Made by a program: the position numbers and the translations under genes. Shown piece after piece: positions 1 through 9,982 of a stretch of DNA of 64,000 nt. Positions within the stretch are counted from its first letter, which is position 1; the number at the start of each line of letters is the position of its first letter. Source of the stretch: Thermoleophilaceae bacterium. GTDB taxonomy: Bacteria; Actinomycetota; Thermoleophilia; Solirubrobacterales; Thermoleophilaceae. Location of the stretch: positions 1,833-65,832 of the forward strand of contig DATBKS010000246.1 in the NCBI GenBank assembly GCA_036555755.1. Direction: 5' to 3'. The notes under the pieces were generated by a model that was not told the DNA's origin, searched no databases, and saw only the letters and a program-made list of their open reading frames with translations.

Positions 1-1775
1 CGCACGCGCTGGCCGGTCTGGATCGTCGACGTGGCGAGACCGGTGCCGGTGACCGCCGGCAGCCCGTACTCGCGGCAGACGATCGCCGCGTGGCTCATCA
101 TCCCGCCGATGTCGGTGACCACCGCGGCCACGCGCGCGAACACGGGGCCCCAGCTCGGCGCGGTGACGGGCGCGATCAGGATCTCGCCCTCCTCCACGTC
201 GCGGAGCTCGGCGGCGTCGAACACCACGCGTGCCACGCCCTCGGCCTCGCCCGGCGCAGCCGCCTTGCCCGACAGGTCGCTGCCGCCGCCACCGCCGAGC
301 CACTTGTTCACGCTCTCCGACGTGATCCCGTAGAGCATGATCGTGAACGGCTCGGTGACCACCTCTGGCGGCTCGTTCATCGCCGGCAGCGCGGGCCGCG
401 AGGAGAGCGCCTCGACGATGCGCTTCCGGCGCTCGATCTCGGCCGGCCAGTGGTACTGCCCGGCGGTCTCGGTGCCCACCGCCCAGCCGTTGCCGTAGTC
501 GAAGATCGCCTGCGGCACCTCGTCGCGGCGGAGGTAGAAGATGTCGTCCGCCTCGTTCCAGAAGCCGGCGTCCGCCAGCACCTGGCCGAGCTCCCTGATC
601 CGGCGCCAGAAGAGCGACATGGACCAGTGCTCGATGTAGAAGTTGTGGTTCTCGACGTAGGGGAACACGAGCCGTGAGAGCCCGAGCTTCTCGTCGAAGG
701 CGGCACGCGCGGCATCGCCCTGGATCAGCTCGCGGTACTCGGCGGTCACGCGGTCGCGCTCCTCCTGGATCGCCGCCGTCGGCCGCTCGATGTCCTCGCC
801 GGCCTTCACGCGCTCGGCGTAATCGCGCACGAAGCCGAGCGGGATGTCGAGGTGGTCGAGCCACACGCGGTCGCTCGAGTACATGCCGCTGCCTGAGGAG
901 AAGTTGAACCACGGGTCCTGCGCGGCCTGCCAGGCGGCGAGCCACTCGGCACCGCGCTCCTGCTCGCCCACCGCGGCCAGCGCCTCGTCCACGCTGCCCC
1001 TCGCCAGCGCGTCGTCCACACCCAGCTCCACGGCGAGCCGCGCGAGCTTCTTCAGCTCGTCGTCGGGGCGGAACAGGTCCACCTCCACGCCCTGCACCAT
1101 CTTCGCGATGCCGAGCTCCGACACCCCAGGCAGCTGCTCCTGGCAGAAGGTGAAGAAGTCGAGGTAGGCGACGTACCCGAGGTTGAGGAACTCGAAGTGG
1201 TACTGGAAGGCCTGATAGGCCAGCTCGATCGCGCGGTTGTAGTTGGCGCTGAACTCGAAGTGCGGGTCGAGCCCCTTGCCGCCGGTGATCCAGTCGATCG
1301 GAACGCGGTCGGGCAGCGGCTCGAACTTGATCGCCTCGAGCCCGGCGATCAGCTCGCGGATCTTCTCGTGCCAGTTCTCGAGCAGTTCGGGCCAGTTCTG
1401 GAAGTAGTGCCCCGCGCGTTCTAGGAACTCCGGCACGCGCCCAGGGATCTCCGCCTCGGGCACCGGCACCGGGCTCATGTAGAGGTAGCCGTTGTGGACG
1501 CGGTAGTCGATCCCGTTGGCCGGCGGGATGATGTAGTGGCGGGTGTTGTACTGGCCGAGGCAGCGGCAGGCGAACTCGACGGTGATCGCGTCGAACGGCT
1601 TGAAGACCACGGGCCAGTGCTGTGTGTCGGCGAACCAGAAGCGCGCCTCCTCCATCTCGCGGCGGTCCTCGCGGAAGTGGAGGTAGTACGGGTAGAGCTC
1701 CTCCCAGCCCTCCGCGCCGGGCGGCGGCGGGTCCTCGTAGGGGCTCGCAAAGCGCTTAATGGTCGGTGTCGACAT
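1..1775 (-). CDS. PEP-utilising enzyme swivel (mobile His) domain protein. It looks like the split partner of a PEP-synthase/rifampicin-phosphotransferase-like system. The C-terminus lies beyond the window edge.
   Basis: Edge-truncated, so absent from the ORF track. Hand translation of the minus strand from ATG ~1775 (GGAGAA 7-8 nt upstream) gives one open frame down to position 1. It starts MSTPTIKRFASPYEDPPPPGAEGWEELYPYY and ends GEILIAPVTAPSWGPVFARVAAVVTDIGGMMSHAAIVCREYGLPAVTG. The latter is the PEP-utilizers mobile-domain signature with the phospho-carrier His. The start overlaps the stop of the upstream gene by ~20 nt. Confidence 0.85.
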   Translation of the reverse strand, partial: MSTPTIKRFASPYEDPPPPGAEGWEELYPYYLHFREDRREMEEARFWFADTQHWPVVFKPFDAITVEFACRCLGQYNTRHYIIPPANGIDYRVHNGYLYMSPVPVPEAEIPGRVPEFLERAGHYFQNWPELLENWHEKIRELIAGLEAIKFEPLPDRVPIDWITGGKGLDPHFEFSANYNRAIELAYQAFQYHFEFLNLGYVAYLDFFTFCQEQLPGVSELGIAKMVQGVEVDLFRPDDELKKLARLAVELGVDDALARGSVDEALAAVGEQERGAEWLAAWQAAQDPWFNFSSGSGMYSSDRVWLDHLDIPLGFVRDYAERVKAGEDIERPTAAIQEERDRVTAEYRELIQGDAARAAFDEKLGLSRLVFPYVENHNFYIEHWSMSLFWRRIRELGQVLADAGFWNEADDIFYLRRDEVPQAIFDYGNGWAVGTETAGQYHWPAEIERRKRIVEALSSRPALPAMNEPPEVVTEPFTIMLYGITSESVNKWLGGGGGSDLSGKAAAPGEAEGVARVVFDAAELRDVEEGEILIAPVTAPSWGPVFARVAAVVTDIGGMMSHAAIVCREYGLPAVTGTGLATSTIQTGQRV

Positions 1776-3948
1776 CCGCGGTTCTCCTTGAGGCCAGTGG
1801 GTTGACGAGGGTCTCGACGAGGCTGCTCATGCCGTGCGAGTACGACGGCGCTGCATCGGGCTCCGGCTCAGTCTTACGCGACCAGACCGTCTCGGGCCTG
1901 CTCTGAAGCAGGACGACGCCCGTTTCGTCGATCGCCCACTCGACGTCCTGGGGACAGCCGTATTCCTTCTCCGCCTGCTTGGCGAGGGCGGCGACCGCCT
2001 TCACTTCATCGGGCGACAGCGAGGGCTTGGCCTGGCGCGCCGGCTCGATCCGCCGCTCCACCACGCCACGACCGCTCGGGTCCGGCACGAGCTCGACGGA
2101 CTTGACCGCGAGCTCGCATTTCAGCGTCTCGAGCATGACCTTGTCGACGACGAAGCTGTCCGGCGTCACCGTCCCACCCACCACGTTCTCCCCGAGCCCG
2201 AAGCTCGACTCGATCGCGATCTTCGAACGGTCGCCGTTGTGGGGGTCGAGCGTCATCGCCACGCCGGCGGCGCGCGGATTCACCATCCGCTGGACCACCA
2301 CGCCCATGCGCATCCGCGAGTCGTCGATGCCGCGGTCCTGGCGATACGCGATCGAGCGGTCCGACCAGATGCTCGCCCAGCAGCGCTTCACGTGCTCGAT
2401 CACCTCGTCCTCACCGACCACCCACAGGTACGTGTCCTGCTGGCCGGCGAAGCTGGCGTCGGCCGAGTCCTCGGCGATGGCGCTCGAGCGCACGGCGACG
2501 GGCACGTCGTCGCCCAGCCGCGCGTACGCAGTGGCGATCGCCTCCGCCACCTCGGGGCTCAGCTCGGTGGCCTTCGTCGTCACCGCGAACCCGGGCGGGA
2601 CCGGGAAGCCCGCCTTGATCGAGGCGCCGAGGCTCGCCGCCTTGCCGCCCACGAGCTCGACGTGGTCCTGCGAGCACGCCTCCAGCGGCACGACCCACGT
2701 GTCCCACTCGGCGAGCACGCTGTGCGGCGCGCGGAAGGTGGTGTTGGGCGCGTAGTGGAACGTCTGGTCCTCGGCCAGGCGCAGGCTCGGGAGCCGGCGC
2801 GTGAGCTCCTGGAGCACGATCTGGGCCTCGAGCCGCGCGAGCGAGGCACCGAGGCAGAAGTGGATGCCGTGCCCGAACGACAGGTGAGCGCGGGCGTTCT
2901 CCCGCTGCAGGTCGACGCTGTCGGGATCGGGAAAGACCTCGTCGTCGCGGTTTGCGGAGCCGAGCAGGAGCAGCACGTTTGCGCCCTCGGGGATGTCGAT
3001 CGTGCCGATCGTGGCCGGGCGCTTGGCCGTGCGCTTCCACGCGAACACCGGCGTGCTGAGGCGCAGGAGCTCCTCCACCGCGTTGGGAATGAGCGACGGG
3101 TCGGCGCACAGCGCCTCCCAGCGATCGCGCTGGGTGAGCAGTGTCTTCAGCCCCTCCGCCAGCAGCGACGCTGTCGTCTCCTGGCCGGCCGTGAGCTGGC
3201 CGTAGACGAGGCCCGCCATCTCGTCGATCGAGATCGACTTGTCGCCCGACTCGTAGATGTGCACGAGGTCGGTCGGGAGATCGTCGCGCGGCTCCTCGAA
3301 GCGCTGCTCGATCAGCTTCAGGCAGTACTGCCAGTAGAGGACGAGGTTCTCGGCGTGGTGGAGCTGCTCCTCTAGCGGCTGGTCGCCGAAGTTGAGGAAG
3401 ATGCGGCTCTCGGCCCACTCCTTGACCTTGAGGGCATCCTCGTCCGGGATCCCGAGCAGGCGGAAGATCACGAACGCGGGCAGATCGCGGGTGAGCGCCG
3501 GCACGAGGTCCACCCGGCCGCGCGTGGCGAAGCGGTCGATCATCGACACAACCAGCTCGCGTACCTCGGGCTCGAGCGTGGCCACGCGCCGCGGCGTGAA
3601 GGCTTTGTTGATGAAGCCGCGCAGGCGCGTGTGCTCCGGCGGCTGGCGCGCCGACAACCCGGAGTAGGCGCGGAACTCGCCGTCGTCGAGCACCTTCTGC
3701 ACCTCCGGCGGCCGCGGTTTGTAGGGCGCCTGGGTGTTCTCGGACGAGAACGTCTTCGGGTCCTTGAAGATCGCCTGGATGTCCTCGTAGCGGCTGACGA
3801 TCCAGTAGCCGAGCTCCTCGCTGAAGAAGACGGGCTCCTCCGCGCGCGCCCGGGCGTAGAAGTCGAACGGGCTGGCGATGTCGAACGGATCGAAGTCCGC
3901 GGACACTCCGTGCGCCGGGCAACCCGGCGGCGGGACCATCTCCCCCAT
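1756..3948 (-). CDS. Cytochrome P450 fused to a PPDK_N (PEP synthase/pyruvate phosphate dikinase ATP-grasp) domain
   Basis: Track ORF, 730 aa. The N-terminal ~415 aa are a P450, with ExxR in AVEELLRL and the Cys-ligand loop FGHGIHFCLGASLA. The C-terminal ~310 aa are PPDK_N-like (VELVGGKAASLG, VAVRSSAIAEDSADASFAGQQDTYL, QDVEWAI). Confidence 0.9.
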   Translation of the reverse strand: MGEMVPPPGCPAHGVSADFDPFDIASPFDFYARARAEEPVFFSEELGYWIVSRYEDIQAIFKDPKTFSSENTQAPYKPRPPEVQKVLDDGEFRAYSGLSARQPPEHTRLRGFINKAFTPRRVATLEPEVRELVVSMIDRFATRGRVDLVPALTRDLPAFVIFRLLGIPDEDALKVKEWAESRIFLNFGDQPLEEQLHHAENLVLYWQYCLKLIEQRFEEPRDDLPTDLVHIYESGDKSISIDEMAGLVYGQLTAGQETTASLLAEGLKTLLTQRDRWEALCADPSLIPNAVEELLRLSTPVFAWKRTAKRPATIGTIDIPEGANVLLLLGSANRDDEVFPDPDSVDLQRENARAHLSFGHGIHFCLGASLARLEAQIVLQELTRRLPSLRLAEDQTFHYAPNTTFRAPHSVLAEWDTWVVPLEACSQDHVELVGGKAASLGASIKAGFPVPPGFAVTTKATELSPEVAEAIATAYARLGDDVPVAVRSSAIAEDSADASFAGQQDTYLWVVGEDEVIEHVKRCWASIWSDRSIAYRQDRGIDDSRMRMGVVVQRMVNPRAAGVAMTLDPHNGDRSKIAIESSFGLGENVVGGTVTPDSFVVDKVMLETLKCELAVKSVELVPDPSGRGVVERRIEPARQAKPSLSPDEVKAVAALAKQAEKEYGCPQDVEWAIDETGVVLLQSRPETVWSRKTEPEPDAAPSYSHGMSSLVETLVNPLASRRTADVDTDH

Positions 3949-4028
3949 ATGCCGACCGTAAGCCGTTCGCTTGTGGGGATCAAGACCGACTACGCGCGGC
4001 TGTGAGCGTTTCTTCCTATCATGGCGCG

Positions 4029-4928
4029 ATGGAGCTACGGCACCTGCACTACTTCGTGGTGGTCGCCGAGGAGCTGCACTTCCGCCGCGCCGCCGAGCGG
4101 CTCCACATCGCCCAGCCGAGCGTGAGCCAGCAGGTGCGCCGGCTGGAGGACGAGCTGGGCGTGCGGCTCTTCGAGCGCAACCGCCGCGGCGTGACGCTGA
4201 CGCCGGCGGGATCCGTGCTGCTCGACGAGGCGCGGCTCACCCTGGCGCAGGCGGCGCGCGCTGCCGAGCGGGCGCGGGAAGCGGGCGCCGGAGAGCGCGG
4301 CCGCTTAAGGGTCAACCTCACCCGCTCCTCCCCGGGCGGCCTCGCCGGCGAGATCGTGGACGCCTATCGCGCCCGCTACCCCGAGGTGCAGCTCGAGCTC
4401 GACGTCGGCCAGACGAGCACCCACGCCGAGCAGCTGCGGCGCGGCACGATCGACATCGCCTTCGTGCGCCCTCCCCTGATCGACTCGGAGCTCGAGGAGA
4501 TCGAGCTCGGACGTGAGCCGCTCGTGTGCGTCCTGCCGCGCGGGCACCGGCTCGCGCGCGAACAGCTGGTGGAGCGCGAGGACCTCGTCGGCGAGCCGCT
4601 CGTGTGGTGGCCGCGCCAGCACGGGCCCGGCGCCTGGGAGGACATGCTCACCGGTGTCTACGGCGAGCACGGCTGGCCTGAGAGCTTCCGCACCGAGCCC
4701 GAGGAGGAGCGCATCCTGTCGGCCGTCGCGGGCGGCGCCGGGGTGAGCTTCATCATGCTCGAGCGCTCGCGCTGGCTGAAGGTGCCGGGCGCGATCTACC
4801 GGCGCTTTGCGCCGCCAGAGCCAACCGTCGGGATCGGACTGGCCTGGCGGCGCGGAAACTCGCTCGCGGTTGTGGATCGCTTCCGCGAGCTTGCGGTGGA
4901 GATGGCCGCCGTCAGGCGACCTCGTTGA
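4029..4928 (+). CDS. LysR-family transcriptional regulator
   Basis: Track ORF 4002..4928. The conserved LysR HTH N-terminus MELRHLHYFVVVAEELHFRRAAERLHIAQPSVSQQVRRLEDELG begins at Met10 (4029). The gene is divergent from the P450 fusion gene. Confidence 0.9.
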   Translation: MELRHLHYFVVVAEELHFRRAAERLHIAQPSVSQQVRRLEDELGVRLFERNRRGVTLTPAGSVLLDEARLTLAQAARAAERAREAGAGERGRLRVNLTRSSPGGLAGEIVDAYRARYPEVQLELDVGQTSTHAEQLRRGTIDIAFVRPPLIDSELEEIELGREPLVCVLPRGHRLAREQLVEREDLVGEPLVWWPRQHGPGAWEDMLTGVYGEHGWPESFRTEPEEERILSAVAGGAGVSFIMLERSRWLKVPGAIYRRFAPPEPTVGIGLAWRRGNSLAVVDRFRELAVEMAAVRRPR

Positions 4929-5418
4929 CCGTCCCGCTCTTCACGTCGTAGACGAAGCCGCGGATCACGGCGTCGGAAGCGATGAGGTCCGAGTCGCGCA
5001 GGAACTCGACGTCGTCGCGGACCGCCTGCTCGAGGTCGCTGAACGGGCGGAAGTCGATCCCGCTCGGGTCGCCGCCGGAGGCGTCCGCGACCTTCTCCGC
5101 GATCTGCTCGTTCGTGTACTTGCCCATGCCGCAGTCGGTGTGGCGGATGACGGCGATCTCGTTCGTGCCGAGCAGGTGCTGCGACACGGCGAGCGAGCGC
5201 AGCGCCTCGCGGGCCTCGCCGCCGGCGTTGCGGATCACGTGAGCCTCGCCCTCCTCGAGCCCGAGGAAGCGCGCGGGAATGAGGCGCGCGTCCATGCAGG
5301 TCACGATCGCGACCTTGCGGCTCGGCGGGCTCGCCAGGTCTCCGTGGGCGAAGTCGCGGGCGTAGTCCGTGTTCGCCGCGACGAGCTCGTCGATCACGCT
5401 CTGGGTGGTGTTAGACAT
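4912..5418 (-). CDS. Beta-class carbonic anhydrase
   Basis: 168 aa. Zinc-ligand contexts VTCMDAR and RHTDCGM. A GGAGG RBS lies upstream of the ATG. Confidence 0.85.
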   Translation of the reverse strand: MSNTTQSVIDELVAANTDYARDFAHGDLASPPSRKVAIVTCMDARLIPARFLGLEEGEAHVIRNAGGEAREALRSLAVSQHLLGTNEIAVIRHTDCGMGKYTNEQIAEKVADASGGDPSGIDFRPFSDLEQAVRDDVEFLRDSDLIASDAVIRGFVYDVKSGTVNEVA

Positions 5419-5450
5419 GTTTGTGGCGCCTCCGTTGGACGGCTTTTCAT

Positions 5451-5483
5451 GAGCCGGGCCCGATCCTGCCTCGGGCCCGGCTC
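5451..5483 (-). terminator. Strong stem-loop between the MCP stop and the carbonic anhydrase start
   Basis: Perfect 13-bp inverted repeat GAGCCGGGCCCGA / TCGGGCCCGGCTC with a 7-nt loop, 29 nt after the MCP stop codon. There is no clean U-tract, so intrinsic-terminator function is assumed, not shown. Confidence 0.55.
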
Positions 5484-5511
5484 ACACTGTACGTATCGCT
5501 GGGGCTCGGCC

Positions 5512-7119
5512 TCAGACCTTGAACTGCCCGGCGAGCTCCTCGAGCTCCCCGGCGACCGCGGTGAGACCCTCGGCCGCACTCTGCGACTGCTGGATACCCG
5601 ACACGAACTCGCTGGTCGCCTGGCTTGTCTCGTGCATGCCGGTCGCGATCTGATCGAGACCCGCGTTCTGCTGCTGCACGGACGCCGCGATCTGCTGTGC
5701 GGACTGCTCCACCGCGTGGTTCATCTCCGCGAGCTGGGCGATGATCTGCCCGGCGCGTCCGGCCAGCTCGGTGCCGTGCTCGACCACCTCGGTGCCCTCC
5801 TGCGCCGCCGTCACGGCCGCGTGGGTGGCGCGCTCGATCTCTTCGAGGATCGCCTGCACCTGGGTAGTCGCCTGCTTCGACTGCTCGGCGAGGTTGCGCA
5901 CCTCGTCGGCGACGACCGCGAAGCCCTTGCCCTGCTCGCCGGCACGGGCGGCCTCGATCGTCGCGTTCAGCGCCAGCAGGTTGGACTGGTCGGCCAGGTC
6001 GTTCACGGCGTTCGTGATCTCGCCGATCTGAGCGGTCTGCTCGGACAGCGCCTGCACGTCGCCGGCGATGGCCGCGACCTTGTCGCGGATATCGCCCATG
6101 CCGTGCACGATCGCGTCGACAGCCTCGCTGCCCTCGTCGGACACCCGGACGGCCTCCTGGGCCTGCTCCGCCACCTCGCCGGCGTTCTGCGCGGCCTGCT
6201 CGGCCGAGGCGCGGATCTCGTCGGTCGCGGTGGTGGTCTGGTTGATCGCGGCGGACTGCTGGTTGGCGCCCGCCGTCTGCTGGTTCACCGTCGCCAGGAT
6301 CTCCGTGGCGCTCGAGCTGACGGTATGGGCGCTCTCCTGCATCCGGCCGGTGGTGTTGGCGAGACCCTCGACCATCTTGTTGAGGTTCTCCGCGAGCCGC
6401 GTGAGCGCGTCGCCGCCGCGCGGCTCGATGCGTCCGGTCAGGTCACCGTCGGCCACCCGCGCCGCGAAGCCGGAATACTCGTTGATGCGCGGCACGAGGT
6501 TCTTGATCATGAACGTCACGCCGCCGATCGCGATTGCCAGGCCGATCAGCAGCACGACCAGGAGAAGCGTGCGCCTGGAGCTGTAGGTCGAGTCGGCGCT
6601 GTCCTTGCCGTCCTTCGCCTCGGCCTCGTTCAGCTTCATGAGCTTGTCACTCGCCGCGAGGGCGGTCGCGGTGATCGCCTTCACCTGATCGCCAACCTTC
6701 TCGTCGCCGCTCTTGAGCGCACCGCTCTCCTGCAGGGCCGCCAGCTTCTTGTAGGCGCTGGCCTGCGGGGCCACCTGCGCTGCCTCCTCGGGCACGTCGC
6801 TGTGCAGGTCCGTGGTCGCCTTGAGGTTGCTTGCGAACTCGGCAAGCGTCTTCGTCAGCTCGCCGTCGCGCTGGCGCTGCCCCGCGCCGCGGGCAGCGAG
6901 GAGAACGCCGAGCGCGTCCTGGCCCGCGTGCGTGATCGACCCACCGGTGAGGCCGTCCTGCTTCGTCTGGTCGACCTGGAAGCTCAGGTTCTTGGCACCG
7001 CTGTCGAGCTTGGAGGCGGCCGTGAGGCCGACGACGCCGATCAGCAGCATCGTCACGCTTACGACGCCGAGCAGAACACCGAGCTTGTGGGAGATCTTCA
7101 ACTGCGGCAGAGCCCTCAT
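5512..7119 (-). CDS. Methyl-accepting chemotaxis protein (two TM helices, HAMP, MCP signalling domain)
   Basis: 535 aa. N-terminal TM helix, a second TM followed by HAMP, and the conserved signalling hairpin [44 protein letters not shown]. Confidence 0.9.
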   Translation of the reverse strand: MRALPQLKISHKLGVLLGVVSVTMLLIGVVGLTAASKLDSGAKNLSFQVDQTKQDGLTGGSITHAGQDALGVLLAARGAGQRQRDGELTKTLAEFASNLKATTDLHSDVPEEAAQVAPQASAYKKLAALQESGALKSGDEKVGDQVKAITATALAASDKLMKLNEAEAKDGKDSADSTYSSRRTLLLVVLLIGLAIAIGGVTFMIKNLVPRINEYSGFAARVADGDLTGRIEPRGGDALTRLAENLNKMVEGLANTTGRMQESAHTVSSSATEILATVNQQTAGANQQSAAINQTTTATDEIRASAEQAAQNAGEVAEQAQEAVRVSDEGSEAVDAIVHGMGDIRDKVAAIAGDVQALSEQTAQIGEITNAVNDLADQSNLLALNATIEAARAGEQGKGFAVVADEVRNLAEQSKQATTQVQAILEEIERATHAAVTAAQEGTEVVEHGTELAGRAGQIIAQLAEMNHAVEQSAQQIAASVQQQNAGLDQIATGMHETSQATSEFVSGIQQSQSAAEGLTAVAGELEELAGQFKV

Positions 7120-7243
7120 GTGGGGGTTACCTCCTGTAGGTGCATGGGTCGGGGGAGAAGGCGCCCGCGTCAGAACGCGGACTTGTGCGCCGGTAATCGG
7201 CCACCCCGGGCGGCGCTTTAGGAAGCCGCCTGGCGCGCCGGCC

Positions 7244-9490
7244 CTAATGCAAAAGGGCGATGTCGAGCGCCTCGATGAGCAGCTCGACGTGCTCGTCGCC
7301 GAAGACGAGCGGCGGGCGGATCTTCAGTACGTCGTCGCGCGGCCCGGTCCGGCTTACGAGGACGCCCTTCTCGCGCATCGCATCGACCACGGCCCCTGCC
7401 CGCGCCGAGTCGTCCAGCTCGACGCCGACGAGCAGGCCCATGCCGCGCACGTCGACGATCGACGGGTGCTTTTCGCGTAGCGCCGAGATGCGCTCCTGGA
7501 GCAGGTCGCCCACGCGCCGCGCGTGCGGCACGAGCCGCTCGTCCTCGATCACGTCGAGCACTGCGAGCGCCGCCTGGGCCGCGACGGGGTTGCCGCCGAA
7601 CGTGCTGAAGATGCGCCGCGCAAACGCGTAGTCCTCCACCAGCTCGCGCCTGGTGACCAGCGCCGCCACCGGATAGCCGTTGCCCATTGGCTTGCCGAGC
7701 GTGACGAAGTCGGGGCTGATGCCCAGGTCCGCGAACGCCCACAGGTGGCCGCCGCCGCGGCCGTGGCCCACCTGCACCTCGTCGGCCACAAAGAGGCCGC
7801 CAGCGTCGTGCGTGGCCTGGACGATCGAGGCGAGGCCCTCTCGTGTCGGCGGGTGGATGCCGTCGCTCGTGTTGCCCGCGTCGATGAACGTCGCGGCCAG
7901 CCCGTGTCCCGCGCTGTCGAGTTGCGCCGCCGCGGCGCTGACGTCCTCGCCGCCGCCTAGGGCGGAGATCCGCGCGACGTGCTCAGGCGCGAACCCCTCC
8001 GGCCACTCCTCGGGCGAGAGGTCGGCGAGCGCGGCGGTCACGCCGTGATAGGCGTGCTGCGTGACGATCGCGCCGCCGTTCCCCGTCGTGCCGGTGGCGA
8101 TCCGCCAGGCCAGCTCGTTGGCCTCGCTGCCGGAGTTGACGAGCATGACGTGATCGAGTCCCGCCTCCGGGGGCATCGACGCGAGCAGGCGCTCGGCGAG
8201 CTCGATCAGCGGCTCGTACAGGTAGCGGGCGTGGGTGTTGAGCGTGCGCGTCTGGCGCACCACCGCCTCGGTCACGCGCGGATGGCAGTGCCCGACCACC
8301 GGCACGTTGTTGTAGGCGTCGAGCAGGCGGCGGCCGTCGGCGTCGAACAGCCACGCGCCCTCGCCGCGCACCACGTGGACGGGATCGTCGTAGGTCAGCC
8401 GCGTGAGCACGGAGCCGAAGGCGTCTGCCCGCCGGCGCACGAGCGCGTCCTTCGCTGCGAGCGGCTCGGCCGCGCCGAGCTCGCGCGAGAAGCGGTCGGC
8501 CCCGATCTCGCCGAGGTGCTCGAGCAGCACCCAGGAGTCGTCGTCCCACGACTGGATGTACTCGGCGTTCTCCGGGTAGCGCGCGGTGCGCCAGGCGCTG
8601 ATTACGACGATCGCGGCGAGGCGCGTCGCGACCAGATCGCCGAGCACCTCCAGCTCGTCGGGCTCGAGCGGGATGCGCGACTGGTAGCCGTCGGTCGCGA
8701 TGCGCGCGACGCGGAAGATGTCCTCGAGCGGGCGGCCGCGGATGAGCGAAGCGAGCGCGATGGCGAAGTCGCCGACCTGCGCCGTGTGGCCGACATCGCC
8801 GAAGTCGACGATCCCGGAGATGCGCCCGGCATCGTCGAGCAGCACGTTGTCGAGGCTCAGGTCGCCGTGAACGACCTGCGCGCGCAGCCGCGGCCAGCGC
8901 GGCGCCACGTGCGCGTCGTAGCGGTCGAGCACCGACTCCACGAGGCGGCGCCGCTCGCCGTCGGCGATCGAGTCGGTCAGTGGGCGGAGGCTCGCCGCAC
9001 GGGCGAGGTCCCACAGCAGCTCGCCGCCGGCGGCCGGGTGGAAGAAGCTCCGCAGCGCGAGGTTGAGTCGCGCATGGGTCGCGCCGTAGTCGTACGCGGC
9101 GCGGTCCGTCAGCTCGGGCCCGCCCGTGTGTCCCTGCATCCGCTCGAACAGGCGCACGAAGTGCGTCCCGTCCGGCCCGTCGACCGTCGTGCGGTAGGCG
9201 GCCGCGCCCACACCCTCCGACACGACCTGCGGCTGCGCCACCGGCAGCTCCGGATCGACCCGCCCGATGTGCAGGATCGCCCCCGCCTCGAGGTCGAGCG
9301 TGTCCGGATCCTGGCCGAGGTTCGAGATCTTGACGACCCCCGACCGGTCCGCGCCCTCGACGAGAAACGTCTGGTCCCGCTCGCTGCCGAGATCGCGCGC
9401 CGTGCCCTCGAGGCCGAACAGCTCGGAAGCGATGCGGGCCACCTCGTCAGCGGTGAATCGTGGCGGCGTGGCCTCGAGAACGGAGCTCAC
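7244..9490 (-). CDS. Fusion protein: APH/choline-kinase-type phosphotransferase plus class-III aminotransferase-fold (phospho-lyase-like) domain
   Basis: 748 aa. The N-terminal part has the kinase motifs [13 protein letters not shown] and IVDFGD. The C-terminal part has class-III PLP-enzyme motifs [11 protein letters not shown] and [11 protein letters not shown]. Confidence 0.85.
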   Translation of the reverse strand: MSSVLEATPPRFTADEVARIASELFGLEGTARDLGSERDQTFLVEGADRSGVVKISNLGQDPDTLDLEAGAILHIGRVDPELPVAQPQVVSEGVGAAAYRTTVDGPDGTHFVRLFERMQGHTGGPELTDRAAYDYGATHARLNLALRSFFHPAAGGELLWDLARAASLRPLTDSIADGERRRLVESVLDRYDAHVAPRWPRLRAQVVHGDLSLDNVLLDDAGRISGIVDFGDVGHTAQVGDFAIALASLIRGRPLEDIFRVARIATDGYQSRIPLEPDELEVLGDLVATRLAAIVVISAWRTARYPENAEYIQSWDDDSWVLLEHLGEIGADRFSRELGAAEPLAAKDALVRRRADAFGSVLTRLTYDDPVHVVRGEGAWLFDADGRRLLDAYNNVPVVGHCHPRVTEAVVRQTRTLNTHARYLYEPLIELAERLLASMPPEAGLDHVMLVNSGSEANELAWRIATGTTGNGGAIVTQHAYHGVTAALADLSPEEWPEGFAPEHVARISALGGGEDVSAAAAQLDSAGHGLAATFIDAGNTSDGIHPPTREGLASIVQATHDAGGLFVADEVQVGHGRGGGHLWAFADLGISPDFVTLGKPMGNGYPVAALVTRRELVEDYAFARRIFSTFGGNPVAAQAALAVLDVIEDERLVPHARRVGDLLQERISALREKHPSIVDVRGMGLLVGVELDDSARAGAVVDAMREKGVLVSRTGPRDDVLKIRPPLVFGDEHVELLIEALDIALLH

Positions 9491-9499
9491 GCCCCGATC

Positions 9500-9946
9500 C
9501 TAGGCCAGCTCGAGCCGTCCGAACTTGCCGCGGAAGTACGCCAGCGGCGCGCCGGGCCGCGCACTTGCCACGAGCGCCTCGGCGATGAAGACGATGTGGG
9601 TGCCGGCGGTCACCTGCTCCGTAACCTGGCACTCCACGTGCGCGAGCGCGTCGGCGAGCAGCGGACCGGTGAACGCGCCGCCGGCAAGCTCCACGTCGGC
9701 GAACTTGTCGCCCCCCTTGCGCGCGAAGTTCACCGCCAGCTCCCCGTGCTCCTCCCCGAGGATGTTGATGGCGAAGCTCCCACGCTGCGCGATCGCAGCG
9801 CCGGTGGCGGATTCCTTGTTCATTGCGATGAGCACCATCGGCGGCTCGAGCGACAGCGAGGTGACGGCGCTGGCCGTCGTGCCGTAGGGCGTGTCGCCGA
9901 GCATCGTCGTCACCACAGTCACGCCGCTGGCGAAGTGGCCGATCAC
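9500..9946 (-). CDS. Flavin reductase domain protein
   Basis: 148 aa. Flavin_Reduct signature FASGVTVVTT...SLSLEPPMVLIAMNK. GTG start per track. It is in the same frame as the upstream gene (see finding). Confidence 0.85.
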   Translation of the reverse strand: MIGHFASGVTVVTTMLGDTPYGTTASAVTSLSLEPPMVLIAMNKESATGAAIAQRGSFAINILGEEHGELAVNFARKGGDKFADVELAGGAFTGPLLADALAHVECQVTEQVTAGTHIVFIAEALVASARPGAPLAYFRGKFGRLELA

Positions 9947-9982
9947 GTGGCGGAACTCCTCGGAGCTGAGCCGGCGCGTAGG

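Noticed and set aside
5431-5442. GTTGGAC heptamer (core of the 22-nt element) upstream of the carbonic anhydrase gene
   Set aside because: Only 7 nt match, and they overlap the GGAGG ribosome-binding site. It lacks the TATAAT part and the flanking arms, so it is probably coincidence.
4807-7221. 804-aa plus-strand ORF spanning the carbonic anhydrase and MCP region
   Set aside because: It is Arg/Ala/Gly/Leu/Val-rich with low-complexity 'shadow' composition, typical of antisense frames in high-GC DNA. The minus-strand ORFs carry unmistakable family signatures (CA zinc motifs, the MCP signalling hairpin).
7200-7243. GC-rich imperfect hairpin (CCAGGCGGC..GCCGCCCGG) 3' of the kinase/aminotransferase gene as a terminator
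   Set aside because: The stem is only 6-8 bp with a mismatch and a 10-nt loop, and there is no U-tract. That is too weak to annotate.
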